In this document: in pieces, positions 17,497 to 26,595 of the stretch
How the letters are laid out: each line of letters begins with the position of its first letter
How positions within the stretch are numbered: the first letter of the stretch is position 1
Origin: an uncultured Gammaproteobacteria bacterium
Lineage (GTDB): Bacteria > Patescibacteriota > Microgenomatia > UBA8517
Assembly (NCBI GenBank): GCA_964541395.1
Contig: CAZIPM010000001.1
Location: forward strand, 69,833 to 129,420
DNA: 59,588 nucleotides
Direction of reading: 5' to 3'
Notes under the pieces: generated by a model
Seen by the model: the letters and a program-made list of their open reading frames with translations, nothing else
Databases searched by the model: none
What the model was told of the DNA's origin: nothing
Position numbers and translations under genes: made by a program

Positions 17497-18725
17497 AAAT
17501 TAAACTTTTTAAAAGCAAAGATAAACATTTTAAGAAGGAGCCAACCGTGTCTGAAACGACGGATGTTTGTTGTACCATAAACTCTTTCCTTGTATCTTAC
17601 GGGGATTTCAATTATTTTTAAATTTTGTTTAACAGCTCCAAAGATAAGATCGAAATCACCAAAAGGATCGAAATCACCAAAAAATTTTCTATTATCTTTT
17701 ATTTTTTCATAATCTCTTTTGAATAAGGCTTTTGTTCCACACAATGTATCTTTAAACCGTTGTCCTAGTACCCATGTAAAAAGCCAGCTAAAAATTTTAT
17801 TGCCAATCAGATTTAAAGTATTCATTGCCTCCTTTTCCATTGGATAAACAAGTCTGGAACCATTAGCAAATTCTGTGTCACCACTAGCTAAAGCCTGATA
17901 AAATTTAGGCAAGTCACGAGGTTCGACAGTCATGTCCGCATCAAGTATCATAAGGATATCTCCTTTTGCTTTGTCAAAACCCAACCTAACTGCATCTGCT
18001 TTTCCTTCGCCCTTTTGCTTAAATGCTCTAATTACAACATTATTCTTATAATATTTGCGTAATACTATATTTATTACATCCCAAGTATCATCGGTAGAAT
18101 ATCCTTCTACGAATATTATTTCCTGAAATTTTCCAAATCGAGGAATTTTTTTAAGAATAATTGGAATATTTCCCTCTTCATTTCTGCAAGGGATAATTAT
18201 TGAAACTGAAAAGTTTTTATCAAAATGATGTTCATGTTTTGCTAAAATCCAAGTTTTTAGGCAGAAGATATTAATTAAAGGAAGCGAAGCGATCCATTTG
18301 TTTACAAAATTCGATATAAAAGGTATATATATTGGAATTAGAAGTCTTCTGTGGGTTGAAATGATTTCAAAACCTGAAAGTTTTAATAGATTTGAAATAT
18401 CATTATTATCTAGCCAATTTTGTTCCTCTATTTCCTCTCTCCAACCTATAAATGTTGCCATTTTAAGTATAGGTCTCCATAAAAAATTATAGTAAGTGAC
18501 TAAAAATCTGGAATTATGGTGCGAATTATTTTTTATCCTAGAGAAAAATTTTTGTACATCTTTTACATCACCTATAATTTCATCTGCTATTATTAAGTCG
18601 CTTTTCTTATCAGGTTTGGAATATTCATCCATAATAAAAGATAATTTTGTGTTTTTTGATGATAAAAACTTAATAAGATTTTTAGTGTCCTTTTTGTAAT
18701 ATAATTTTATTTTACTAGTAGCCAT
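17493..18725 (-). CDS. GT2 (DPM1-like) with degenerate N-terminal methyltransferase-like domain
   Basis: IIPCRNEEGNI, VEGYSTD, GKADAV..GF, ILDADMTV, DTLCGTK, DPFGDFDL, RYKERVYG; the N-terminal ~165 aa lack a GxGxG motif. Confidence 0.8.
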   Translation of the reverse strand: MATSKIKLYYKKDTKNLIKFLSSKNTKLSFIMDEYSKPDKKSDLIIADEIIGDVKDVQKFFSRIKNNSHHNSRFLVTYYNFLWRPILKMATFIGWREEIEEQNWLDNNDISNLLKLSGFEIISTHRRLLIPIYIPFISNFVNKWIASLPLINIFCLKTWILAKHEHHFDKNFSVSIIIPCRNEEGNIPIILKKIPRFGKFQEIIFVEGYSTDDTWDVINIVLRKYYKNNVVIRAFKQKGEGKADAVRLGFDKAKGDILMILDADMTVEPRDLPKFYQALASGDTEFANGSRLVYPMEKEAMNTLNLIGNKIFSWLFTWVLGQRFKDTLCGTKALFKRDYEKIKDNRKFFGDFDPFGDFDLIFGAVKQNLKIIEIPVRYKERVYGTTNIRRFRHGWLLLKMFIFAFKKFNF

Positions 18726-18837
18726 ACTATATATACTATTTATATTGCTATTATAGAAATAGATTTAAAATAAACAATACAGACAATAAATATTTTAGAT
18801 ATTGCTAATGTGAAAAATTTGGTTAGTATTATTGTTT

Positions 18838-19461
18838 ATGGATAACAAGAAGTTCAACAGTTCAACCTACTTGGGACTTATATCCGAGATATCAGACAAA
18901 TTCCGAAATTCTAAAGAATATGAAAAAGCAATTGAAATACTACTTAAATGTTTAAAAGATAAGGGCACAGTTTTTACAATGGGATGTGGTGGATCAGCAT
19001 CCACTGCCACTCATTTCACTGCAGACTTGGCAAAAACTACTATAACAAACACAGGTGATCCCAAAAGATTCAAAACTATGGCTTTAGTTGATAATATTCC
19101 ACTAGTAAGTGCCTGGATAAATGATTTTGGGTGGAACTCAATTTTTGCTGAGCAACTAAGACCATGGCTAAATGCAAAAGATGTAATAATAGGTTTTTCT
19201 GTACACGGTGGAAGCGGGGAGATGGATGCTGGTCCTTGGTCTCAAAATTTGATTTCTGCTATGAAATTAGCAAATGATATTGGGGCAAAAATTATTGGTT
19301 TTTCCGGATTTAATGGTGGTGCGATGAAAAAAATGGCTGATGTATGTTTGGTTGTTCCAATAACAGATGAAATATATGGTACGGCGGTAGTTGAAGCAAT
19401 GCATGTAGTGCTCCATCACGGTTTAATTTTTGATATAAAGGAAAGAATGAAAAATGCCTAA
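18838..19461 (+). CDS. gmhA: SIS-domain phosphosugar isomerase (GmhA/LmbN-like)
   Basis: GCGGSASTATHF..DL, AWINDFG, IF.EQL, GFSGFNGG, E.MH; ATG 18838 preferred to TTG 18832. Confidence 0.8.
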   Translation: MDNKKFNSSTYLGLISEISDKFRNSKEYEKAIEILLKCLKDKGTVFTMGCGGSASTATHFTADLAKTTITNTGDPKRFKTMALVDNIPLVSAWINDFGWNSIFAEQLRPWLNAKDVIIGFSVHGGSGEMDAGPWSQNLISAMKLANDIGAKIIGFSGFNGGAMKKMADVCLVVPITDEIYGTAVVEAMHVVLHHGLIFDIKERMKNA

Positions 19462-20302
19462 TTTTGAGAGACTATCCATGAAAGGATCGGGAATATTTTT
19501 CGATTCGGCCAATTTAACCGAACTTAAAAAATGGTACAAAACTAGGATTTTAGGTGGAGCCACTACAAATCCGGTGATTCTTCAGAAAGATGGAGTATTT
19601 GATATACCAACACACATTCAGAATATGATAAATATTGTAGGAGATGGCTTCCCGATATCTATAGAAATACCTGATTCAAGATGGACTATTGATCAGATGA
19701 CTTCACTTGCTGTTAAATATCATAATCGATTTCCCAACAATGCTGTAATTAAAATCCCTATGGATCCCAGAGATCCGGAAAAAGCTTTTGAAGTCATCTA
19801 TAAACTTGGTCTAGAAGGTGTGCGTATAAACGCTACGGTAGGTTTAAATGTAGGACAACTAATTGGTGCTGCTGAATCTCTGCGCATGAGTAAAGCTGAT
19901 GGTGATAATTACGTTAGTTTGTTTTGGGGGAGAAGAAATGAAGCAAAGAATCAAATTATTGAAAAAAAGATTGAAGAAGCTAGATTAACTGGTAAAGATG
20001 ATTGGAGTGAAGTAAAGGAAACAAATCTTAGGCAACAACTGCAAACAGTAATTCCCGATGCTGCTGTAACGTTAGCTATGACACTAAATTATTTGAATAC
20101 ACACAGTTCCGCAACCAGAGTTATTGTCGGAAGCGTTAGAAGTGTAGAGCAAATTGAGCAAGCGTTTAGGGTGGGATCGGATATAGTGACTATCCCACCC
20201 CAATTAATATGTGATTGGATGTATACACAAAAAGGGGTAGAAACTGTAGATCAATTTAATGAAGCGTATGCTAGTGCTAAGGATAAAATTACTCTAATTT
20301 AA
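19454..20302 (+). CDS. Transaldolase family protein (TalC/LmbR-like)
   Basis: FFDSAN, GATTNP, SIE, VIKIP (Schiff-base Lys), INAT, YVSLFWGR, GSVR, DIVTIPP. Confidence 0.85.
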   Translation: MPNFERLSMKGSGIFFDSANLTELKKWYKTRILGGATTNPVILQKDGVFDIPTHIQNMINIVGDGFPISIEIPDSRWTIDQMTSLAVKYHNRFPNNAVIKIPMDPRDPEKAFEVIYKLGLEGVRINATVGLNVGQLIGAAESLRMSKADGDNYVSLFWGRRNEAKNQIIEKKIEEARLTGKDDWSEVKETNLRQQLQTVIPDAAVTLAMTLNYLNTHSSATRVIVGSVRSVEQIEQAFRVGSDIVTIPPQLICDWMYTQKGVETVDQFNEAYASAKDKITLI

Positions 20303-20881
20303 TAGATTTTTAATTATATTAAATAACACTTCTATATTTTCTGAGCAATATTTATTTTTGAGGGAATAGATTTTATCAACTTTTTCTTTAAGGTCATTTC
20401 TATGTAAAAAAATTATGGGGATACACCCAGCTGCACTAGAAGCTAAATAATCGGATTCTTTATCTCCCAAGAAAACGCTATTGTTAAGGTCAATATTATT
20501 TTCTTTTGCTGCTTTTATTATTAAACCAGCATTAGGTTTTCTGCAATCACAAATACTTTTATATTTTTTTATGACAGAATTGGGGTGGTGCAGACATTTA
20601 TAAATATTATTAACTTTAGCACCATTTTTATTAAGAAGTTTCTGAATTCTTGTTTCTATAGAATTGCTTATTTTTAAAGTTATTTTTCCTTTAGCGACAG
20701 CTGGCTGGTTAGTAATTTCTATAACAGGTATATTCTCGTTATTACACCAAGTTATTATTTCACTTATGCCTGAAACTAATTCTACATCACTCACTTTTAG
20801 AGGTGAATCCCAACCTGAATCATAATTTACTAATTTATTTATAACCCCATCTCTATCAAGAAATAATGCCTTTTGAATCAT
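20294..20881 (-). CDS. gmhB: GmhB-like HAD sugar-bisphosphate phosphatase
   Basis: FLDRDGVIN, ITNQP.VA.G, CLHHP...CDCRKP, GDKESD. Confidence 0.9.
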   Translation of the reverse strand: MIQKALFLDRDGVINKLVNYDSGWDSPLKVSDVELVSGISEIITWCNNENIPVIEITNQPAVAKGKITLKISNSIETRIQKLLNKNGAKVNNIYKCLHHPNSVIKKYKSICDCRKPNAGLIIKAAKENNIDLNNSVFLGDKESDYLASSAAGCIPIIFLHRNDLKEKVDKIYSLKNKYCSENIEVLFNIIKNLLN

Positions 20882-21865
20882 TTAAAAATTTACTATTACT
20901 CTACTACCCTGGTAATCAAAATTAAATGGGATATGCTGTAATTTATTTTTTTCTAATACTTGAATCAGATTTGGAGCATTTTGATCGCAGTAGAATAAGA
21001 AAAAACCACCGCCACCTGCTCCCATTATCTTTCCGCCAACTGAACCGTTTTTGACTGCAATTTCATACCATTTGTCAATTTTTAAGTTAGTTGTCTTTGC
21101 TCTCGATTTTTTTAATAACCAATGTTTATGCATAAGTTCACCAAAATTCTTTGAGTTTCTATCTTTTAGGGATTTTTCAATTTCTAGACCTAATTGTTGA
21201 ATGCTTTTAAGATTATCGATTATTAATTTATTATTTATATCAGTAGCCTTTTTTTGATACGATAATATTATGTTAGACTTTCTTCTAATACCTGTAAAAA
21301 ACATATACAAGTAGTGTTCTAATTCCCTGATAAAAATTTCGTCAAACTCGTTTAGATATACTTTTACCTTACCCTTTTTATCTATACTAAATTTTGTAAC
21401 ACCACCGAATGAAGCTATAAATTCATCCTGTTTACCGCTCGGTTGTTTTAATATGTCTATGGCTATATGACAAGCTTCTTCTGCCAATTGCTCCTGGCTA
21501 ACCAGCTCGCGTTTGAATGTGTGTAACGCATTAAGAAGGCCCACGGTAAAAGCTCCCGACGATCCAAGACCAGTTTCTCCACCGATCTCCGACATTGAAA
21601 TAATTTCAAGAGGTTTTAATATTTTCATATACTTTAAACATTCTCTGATAATTTCATTTTTAACCTCTGATACATACGGAGTTGTCTCGGTTCTAGAATA
21701 TTTAATTAGAAATTCTTTGTAATATTTTCTTTCTTGAAGAATGACATAAATATATTTATCAATAGCAGCTGAAATAAATTTACTACCAAATTTTTTATAA
21801 AATGATGGCAAGTCGGTACCACCACCTCCTATTGAAATCCTCATTGGTGTTTTGGTTATTATCAT
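20882..21865 (-). CDS. hddA: GHMP sugar-phosphate kinase (HddA/LmbP-like)
   Basis: TPMRISIGGGGTDLP, GLGSSG, GKQD, GGKIMGAGGGGF. Confidence 0.85.
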   Translation of the reverse strand: MIITKTPMRISIGGGGTDLPSFYKKFGSKFISAAIDKYIYVILQERKYYKEFLIKYSRTETTPYVSEVKNEIIRECLKYMKILKPLEIISMSEIGGETGLGSSGAFTVGLLNALHTFKRELVSQEQLAEEACHIAIDILKQPSGKQDEFIASFGGVTKFSIDKKGKVKVYLNEFDEIFIRELEHYLYMFFTGIRRKSNIILSYQKKATDINNKLIIDNLKSIQQLGLEIEKSLKDRNSKNFGELMHKHWLLKKSRAKTTNLKIDKWYEIAVKNGSVGGKIMGAGGGGFFLFYCDQNAPNLIQVLEKNKLQHIPFNFDYQGSRVIVNF

Positions 21866-22836
21866 TCTAATTTGTAGTAAATTTTAGAAATAATTCTTAA
21901 AACATCCAAACCTTCTTGCCCTGAACCTATTAACTTACTGTGATTTTTAATAGAATTTTTAAAATTTAACCACTCTAGAGACCATGATTTATCAAGTCCG
22001 TCATATTCCCTGACAATTTCTTTAGGTGCTTTGCCTGGAATTCTTTTACCGACTATTAACTTCTCTAATCCATAACTACCTCCTAAACCATCAATTATTA
22101 AGTAACCCTTAGTTCCAAATATTTCGTACCTAAATTTATTTTTCCATTCGGTCCAGCTAGCATGTAGCGTAGCAATAGATGTCTTATTCTTTAATAACAC
22201 AAATGCATTATCCTCAACCTTAATTGGCCAAAAGAAAGTTTTTATTTTTGCCGAAATATCTTTCGGTATATCTTTCATAAACCATAATGATAAGTCTATC
22301 AGGTGAGCGCATTGATCGATAAGTTCACCGCCACCTGAAATTTTCTTATCCATTCTCCACTCCATCTCATATCCTGGTCTCCCTCCATGACCATACACAC
22401 CTCTTATATACATTAATTTTCCAATTTTGCCCTTATCGAATAGTTCTTTTGCCTGGTTAATAGCAGGATGGAATCTGTGGTTATATCCTGCTTTATAAAT
22501 TAAGTTTTTCTTTAAAGCTAATGAAACACATTTTTTAATTTCTACTGAGTTGAAACCTAAAGGTTTTTCGCATAGAACATGTTTACCAAAAGATAGTGCC
22601 CGATATGACAATTTTGTTAGATGATTATGTGTAGTCGCTATAACAATACATTCAATTTCATTATCTTCAAATATTTCGTTATTATTTGCAACTGTACTCC
22701 CTTTTACCATTTGTGAAAGAATCTTGGCTTTAGAAATGTTTGTGTCAGATATCAAAACTACCTGATCGCCATTTGCTAAAATGGATTTAGCTCTTTTCTC
22801 TCCAATTAATCCCGCACCAATTATTCCTACTTTCAT
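21862..22836 (-). CDS. Gfo/Idh/MocA family oxidoreductase
   Basis: IIGAGLIG, HVLCEKP, GYNHRFHP, YGHGGR, GGGELIDQ..H..DL. Confidence 0.9.
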   Translation of the reverse strand: MKVGIIGAGLIGEKRAKSILANGDQVVLISDTNISKAKILSQMVKGSTVANNNEIFEDNEIECIVIATTHNHLTKLSYRALSFGKHVLCEKPLGFNSVEIKKCVSLALKKNLIYKAGYNHRFHPAINQAKELFDKGKIGKLMYIRGVYGHGGRPGYEMEWRMDKKISGGGELIDQCAHLIDLSLWFMKDIPKDISAKIKTFFWPIKVEDNAFVLLKNKTSIATLHASWTEWKNKFRYEIFGTKGYLIIDGLGGSYGLEKLIVGKRIPGKAPKEIVREYDGLDKSWSLEWLNFKNSIKNHSKLIGSGQEGLDVLRIISKIYYKLE

Positions 22837-23672
22837 ATTTTCTCCAACTTATCTAGTGTATATTGGTCAATTCTTCGCATTGTATACCAATCATTGCTAC
22901 TAATAATATCTAACGTCTTGTCTGTCCACCTACTCCAATCATCATAAATTGCAGAAATGGTTTTACCTGTTATTTTATTTGATGACCCGGAAAGCCAAAG
23001 ACAAAGTTTCGCAGCTAGTACGGGATTATCCCCCCCGCTCTTTTGTTGCTTTATCAGTTTGTCCCATTCCAATTTACCAACATTATTCTTGCCAGCTTTT
23101 AACATTAAATTAAACATTTTTGTGTTTATAGCTCCAGGGGCAATAGCATTAACTTTAATATCTTTAGATTTTAGCTCTAATGCCAATATTTCTGTAAGTC
23201 TTACAACTCCGGCTTTCGAAACTGCGTAAGCCGAAAAGTTCTGTCTGGGTAATACTGCACCCCCACCCGAAAAATTGATGATACTTCCACCTTTTTTAAT
23301 CTTTGGAAGACACAAATAAATTACATTGTATGTCCCAATTAAATTGATGTTTACTGTTTCAACCCAATCGTCATTCTTGTTTTTAGAAATAGGTCCAATA
23401 GGGCCTTGAATGCCAGCAGCATTGATTAGGACATCAATCCTTTTGAGGGGGAATAACATCTTTTTAAGTTTCTTGAAATTGGAAATATCGCATACTAGCG
23501 TATTAACTTTACCTCCTAAACTTTTCAGGTTATTCTTTGTTTGTTCAAGTTCCTTTTTGTGCCTTGATATGATAGTTAAATCGTATCCTTCCTTTGCAAA
23601 TTCTTGTGCGATAACCTTTCCGATACCCCCGCTTGCTCCGGTAATTAAAGCTATTTTATTTTTTATCGGCAT
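22833..23672 (-). CDS. SDR family oxidoreductase
   Basis: TGASGGIG, INAAGIQGPIG, SGGGA, YAVSK, VNAIAPG. Confidence 0.9.
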   Translation of the reverse strand: MPIKNKIALITGASGGIGKVIAQEFAKEGYDLTIISRHKKELEQTKNNLKSLGGKVNTLVCDISNFKKLKKMLFPLKRIDVLINAAGIQGPIGPISKNKNDDWVETVNINLIGTYNVIYLCLPKIKKGGSIINFSGGGAVLPRQNFSAYAVSKAGVVRLTEILALELKSKDIKVNAIAPGAINTKMFNLMLKAGKNNVGKLEWDKLIKQQKSGGDNPVLAAKLCLWLSGSSNKITGKTISAIYDDWSRWTDKTLDIISSNDWYTMRRIDQYTLDKLEKI

Positions 23673-24372
23673 ATTTTTTTGCTAGAATACTAACGGATAA
23701 CAACGAATCATAAGTCCCAGTATCACCCCATTTATCTATTCGCCTAATTAATTTTAAGGTATTGTTTTTTATGTATAGTGAGTTCAATTCAGATATTTCA
23801 AGCTCTCCTCGTGCAGAGGGTTTTAAGATAGCTATATAGTCAAACACATTTTCATCGAACAAGTGAGGACCCGTCACAACCAAATTTGTTTTAGGTTTTT
23901 TTGGTTTTTCTTCTATCCTAATTAATTTATTATTCTTGAATATCGGAACTCCGTATCTTTGTGGATCCTGAACCTTTCTTAGAAATGATACCGCCCCTTT
24001 TTTGAAGTTTAAGACTTCTTTAGTAAAGTCACGGTTATAATAATTATCACCAGCTATAACAATAATATTATTATTTTTAAAAATATTTTTACATCTTGCT
24101 ATAGCATCAGGCATCCCACCGGGAGTTGGTTGGACAATATAGCGTAATTTTACACGTTTCGGTTTAGGAAAAAATTCGATAAGTTTTCTAATTTGTTGTC
24201 CGAATGGCGGACCGCTAACTACAGCAATATCTTTCAGGCCAGAGTCTATCAATGTTTGAAGTGACCAATAGAACATTGGTCTGTCGTAAACTGGAAGTGT
24301 ATGTTTGTTGATTACATGTGTACTAGGATATAACCTTGTTCCCAGTCCACCAGCTAGAACTATACCCTTCAT
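23656..24372 (-). CDS. Sugar-1-phosphate nucleotidyltransferase (RmlA/SpsI-like short form)
   Basis: GIVLAGGLGTRLYP, NKH.LPVYDRPM, GDN, EEKP..PK, PSARGELEI, W.DTGT. Confidence 0.85.
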   Translation of the reverse strand: MKGIVLAGGLGTRLYPSTHVINKHTLPVYDRPMFYWSLQTLIDSGLKDIAVVSGPPFGQQIRKLIEFFPKPKRVKLRYIVQPTPGGMPDAIARCKNIFKNNNIIVIAGDNYYNRDFTKEVLNFKKGAVSFLRKVQDPQRYGVPIFKNNKLIRIEEKPKKPKTNLVVTGPHLFDENVFDYIAILKPSARGELEISELNSLYIKNNTLKLIRRIDKWGDTGTYDSLLSVSILAKKYADKK

Positions 24373-25493
24373 TTTTTATTTACCTTTCGTATAACTTTAT
24401 TTTTCATCATAAATGCAAAAGCCTCATCAGATTTGTCCTCTATCTTACCTTGTTCCACGAGCCAATTTTTATACTGTTCTAAAGATTTCTCAAGTAGGAC
24501 CTTGGGTTCCCATCCTAAATTTTTCAATTTACTAATACTTGAAACTGTGGACCTGGTGTCGCCAACCCTGAATATTCCTGGAACTTGTGGCTCAAGGGTT
24601 GATTGGAAGACATTTATCATTGTATTTGCTAGCTGAATGGCAGTATAAGGTTTCCCTCCACCTACGAAAAAGACTTGATTATCTGCCTTATGGTTTTCAA
24701 GTACCAGTAAATTTGCCCTTGCTACGTCTGACACATTAATATAATCTCTCATACCTAAGCCGTCTTCAAAAAGAATTGGAGCCTTTCCGTTTAATAATCT
24801 CATTGCAAATACTCTGGCAATTCCAGAATAAGCGTTGTGTATAGAATTTCTTGGGCCTTGAACATAAGTATACCTCATACAGACAGTGGGGATATTATAT
24901 TTTTTACCCAATACATTTGCTAGTAATTCTATCGAGTACTTTGATATCCCATATGTGGTAATGGGTTTTATAACATCCTCTGTCATGAGAACATTTTTTG
25001 AGTCATCATGACATATTGGGCATTTTATTTCCCAACTTCCCTGCTCAAGCTGCTTTATAGGTCTTTGTTCAGCCCAAAATTGACCATGTTTACTACATTT
25101 CCACTTTCCATCTCCCGATACCGCTTGTGAAGAAGCAAATACAATTTTTTTGATCGGTAATTTATTGGCAAGAATCAACTCAAAAATGAGAGCTGTACTC
25201 TCAGTATTTGTATGAATGAAAGAGCTAAAATCAGGTAAATAGTCTTGGTATGCAGCTAGATGATAAATAACATCAACACCCTTTAAACTTTTTAATAAAT
25301 CTTTAGGATTTGATACATCACCTTTTATAAATTCCACTTCCTTCGGTATATATTTCGGTTTTCCGTTAGGGTGCACTCTTTCCTGAAGATTGTCTAAGAT
25401 CGTGACTTTGTAGCCCTTAGACAATAATAAATCTACTGTATGGGAACCTATAAAACCTGCACCTCCAGTAACTAGAATTTTTCTGTATTCCAC
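24369..25493 (-). CDS. NAD-dependent nucleotide-sugar epimerase/dehydratase with Cys/His insertion
   Basis: LVTGGAGFIGSH, HLAA, ASS, YGISK, RDYINVSD, RVGD. Start set at GTG 25493 (TGcTAAAAT 7 nt upstream), since the longer track start overlaps the divergent gene. Confidence 0.85.
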   Translation of the reverse strand: MEYRKILVTGGAGFIGSHTVDLLLSKGYKVTILDNLQERVHPNGKPKYIPKEVEFIKGDVSNPKDLLKSLKGVDVIYHLAAYQDYLPDFSSFIHTNTESTALIFELILANKLPIKKIVFASSQAVSGDGKWKCSKHGQFWAEQRPIKQLEQGSWEIKCPICHDDSKNVLMTEDVIKPITTYGISKYSIELLANVLGKKYNIPTVCMRYTYVQGPRNSIHNAYSGIARVFAMRLLNGKAPILFEDGLGMRDYINVSDVARANLLVLENHKADNQVFFVGGGKPYTAIQLANTMINVFQSTLEPQVPGIFRVGDTRSTVSSISKLKNLGWEPKVLLEKSLEQYKNWLVEQGKIEDKSDEAFAFMMKNKVIRKVNKK

Positions 25494-25524
25494 AAAATCG
25501 ATTTTAGCATTAAAATTCATCTTA
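25494..25524. promoter_or_regulatory. 31-bp back-to-back putative -10 elements
   Basis: Minus TGcTAAAAT (25509-25501), 7 nt before GTG 25493; plus TAAAAT (25511-25516), 8 nt before ATG 25525. Confidence 0.5.
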
Positions 25525-26595
25525 ATGAAGACTAAGCTAAAACTAAGTATCGTTATACCCTGTTTAAATGAAAGGGGAACGATAAAAATAGCCATAGATG
25601 ATGCAAAGAAAAATATATTACTTTATTTCGGTAAGAATTATGAATTAATAGTAGCCGATAATGGAAGTACAGATGGAACCTTAAATATTTTAGAAAAGGA
25701 AAAAAACATAAAAGTAATTCATGTTCCAGTAAGAGGATATGGAGCAGCCTTACATTGGGGTATAACAAATGCTAAAGGAGAATATATAATTTTTGCTGAC
25801 GCAGATTTAAGTTATCCATTTTCTAATATTAAATATTTTGTAGAAATAATAAAAGATAACCCCGATTTGGTTTCTGGATCCCGTTTTGCTGGTACAATCC
25901 AAAATGGGGCAATGCCTTTTCTACATAGGTATATAGGCACTCCAATTCTAACATTTCTCATAAATATTCTTTATAACATGAAGATATCAGATTGTAACTC
26001 AGGAATGAGAATGGTGAAGAAGTCATTTTATAAAAAATTGAACATGACAAGTTCGGGTATGGAATGGGCAAGTGAGTTATTATTAAAAACTGCCTTAAAA
26101 AAAGGAAAATATATCGAAGTACCTATAAAATATCTTAAAGACAAAAGGGGAAAGTCTCCCCATCTATCAACGTGGTCTGATGGATGGAGACAGCTTAAAA
26201 GTATAATATTACTAAAACCTCAAAGTTTATATCTGGGTTTGATTTTCTTTTTTTTAACCTCATTGATATTTTATAATATAAATTTCACTTTAACATATCT
26301 ATTTGCCGAATTATTTGTTGTATTATTTTTAAGTCTTCTAACTCTTAATCTGATAGGAACTACTATTGAACACAAAACAACAAAAATTTCAAAATTTTTG
26401 ATTGAGTTTAAGCTTGTTCCAATTACGGCTATTGTATCTTTAATGGTAAGTGCATTTGCTATTTTAATTCCGGAATCAAGGCTTGGCACAAAACTTTTTC
26501 TAATTAGTATATTGGGAGTAATTTTTATGTGGATATTCTTTATAGAAACAATAAAAACTCATTTAATAAATAAATTACCAAAGAATGACAAATAA
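25525..26595 (+). CDS. GT2 polyprenol-phosphate glycosyltransferase with C-terminal TM domain
   Basis: IPCLNE, ADNGSTDG, RGYGAAL, ADADLSY, GSRF, DCNSGMR, GMEWASE, DGWR; four C-terminal TM. Confidence 0.85.
   Translation: MKTKLKLSIVIPCLNERGTIKIAIDDAKKNILLYFGKNYELIVADNGSTDGTLNILEKEKNIKVIHVPVRGYGAALHWGITNAKGEYIIFADADLSYPFSNIKYFVEIIKDNPDLVSGSRFAGTIQNGAMPFLHRYIGTPILTFLINILYNMKISDCNSGMRMVKKSFYKKLNMTSSGMEWASELLLKTALKKGKYIEVPIKYLKDKRGKSPHLSTWSDGWRQLKSIILLKPQSLYLGLIFFFLTSLIFYNINFTLTYLFAELFVVLFLSLLTLNLIGTTIEHKTTKISKFLIEFKLVPITAIVSLMVSAFAILIPESRLGTKLFLISILGVIFMWIFFIETIKTHLINKLPKNDK

Noticed and set aside
23030-23036. C7 tract in the SDR gene as a phase-variation site (also several A8 runs elsewhere)
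   Set aside because: Short, and the reading frames are intact.
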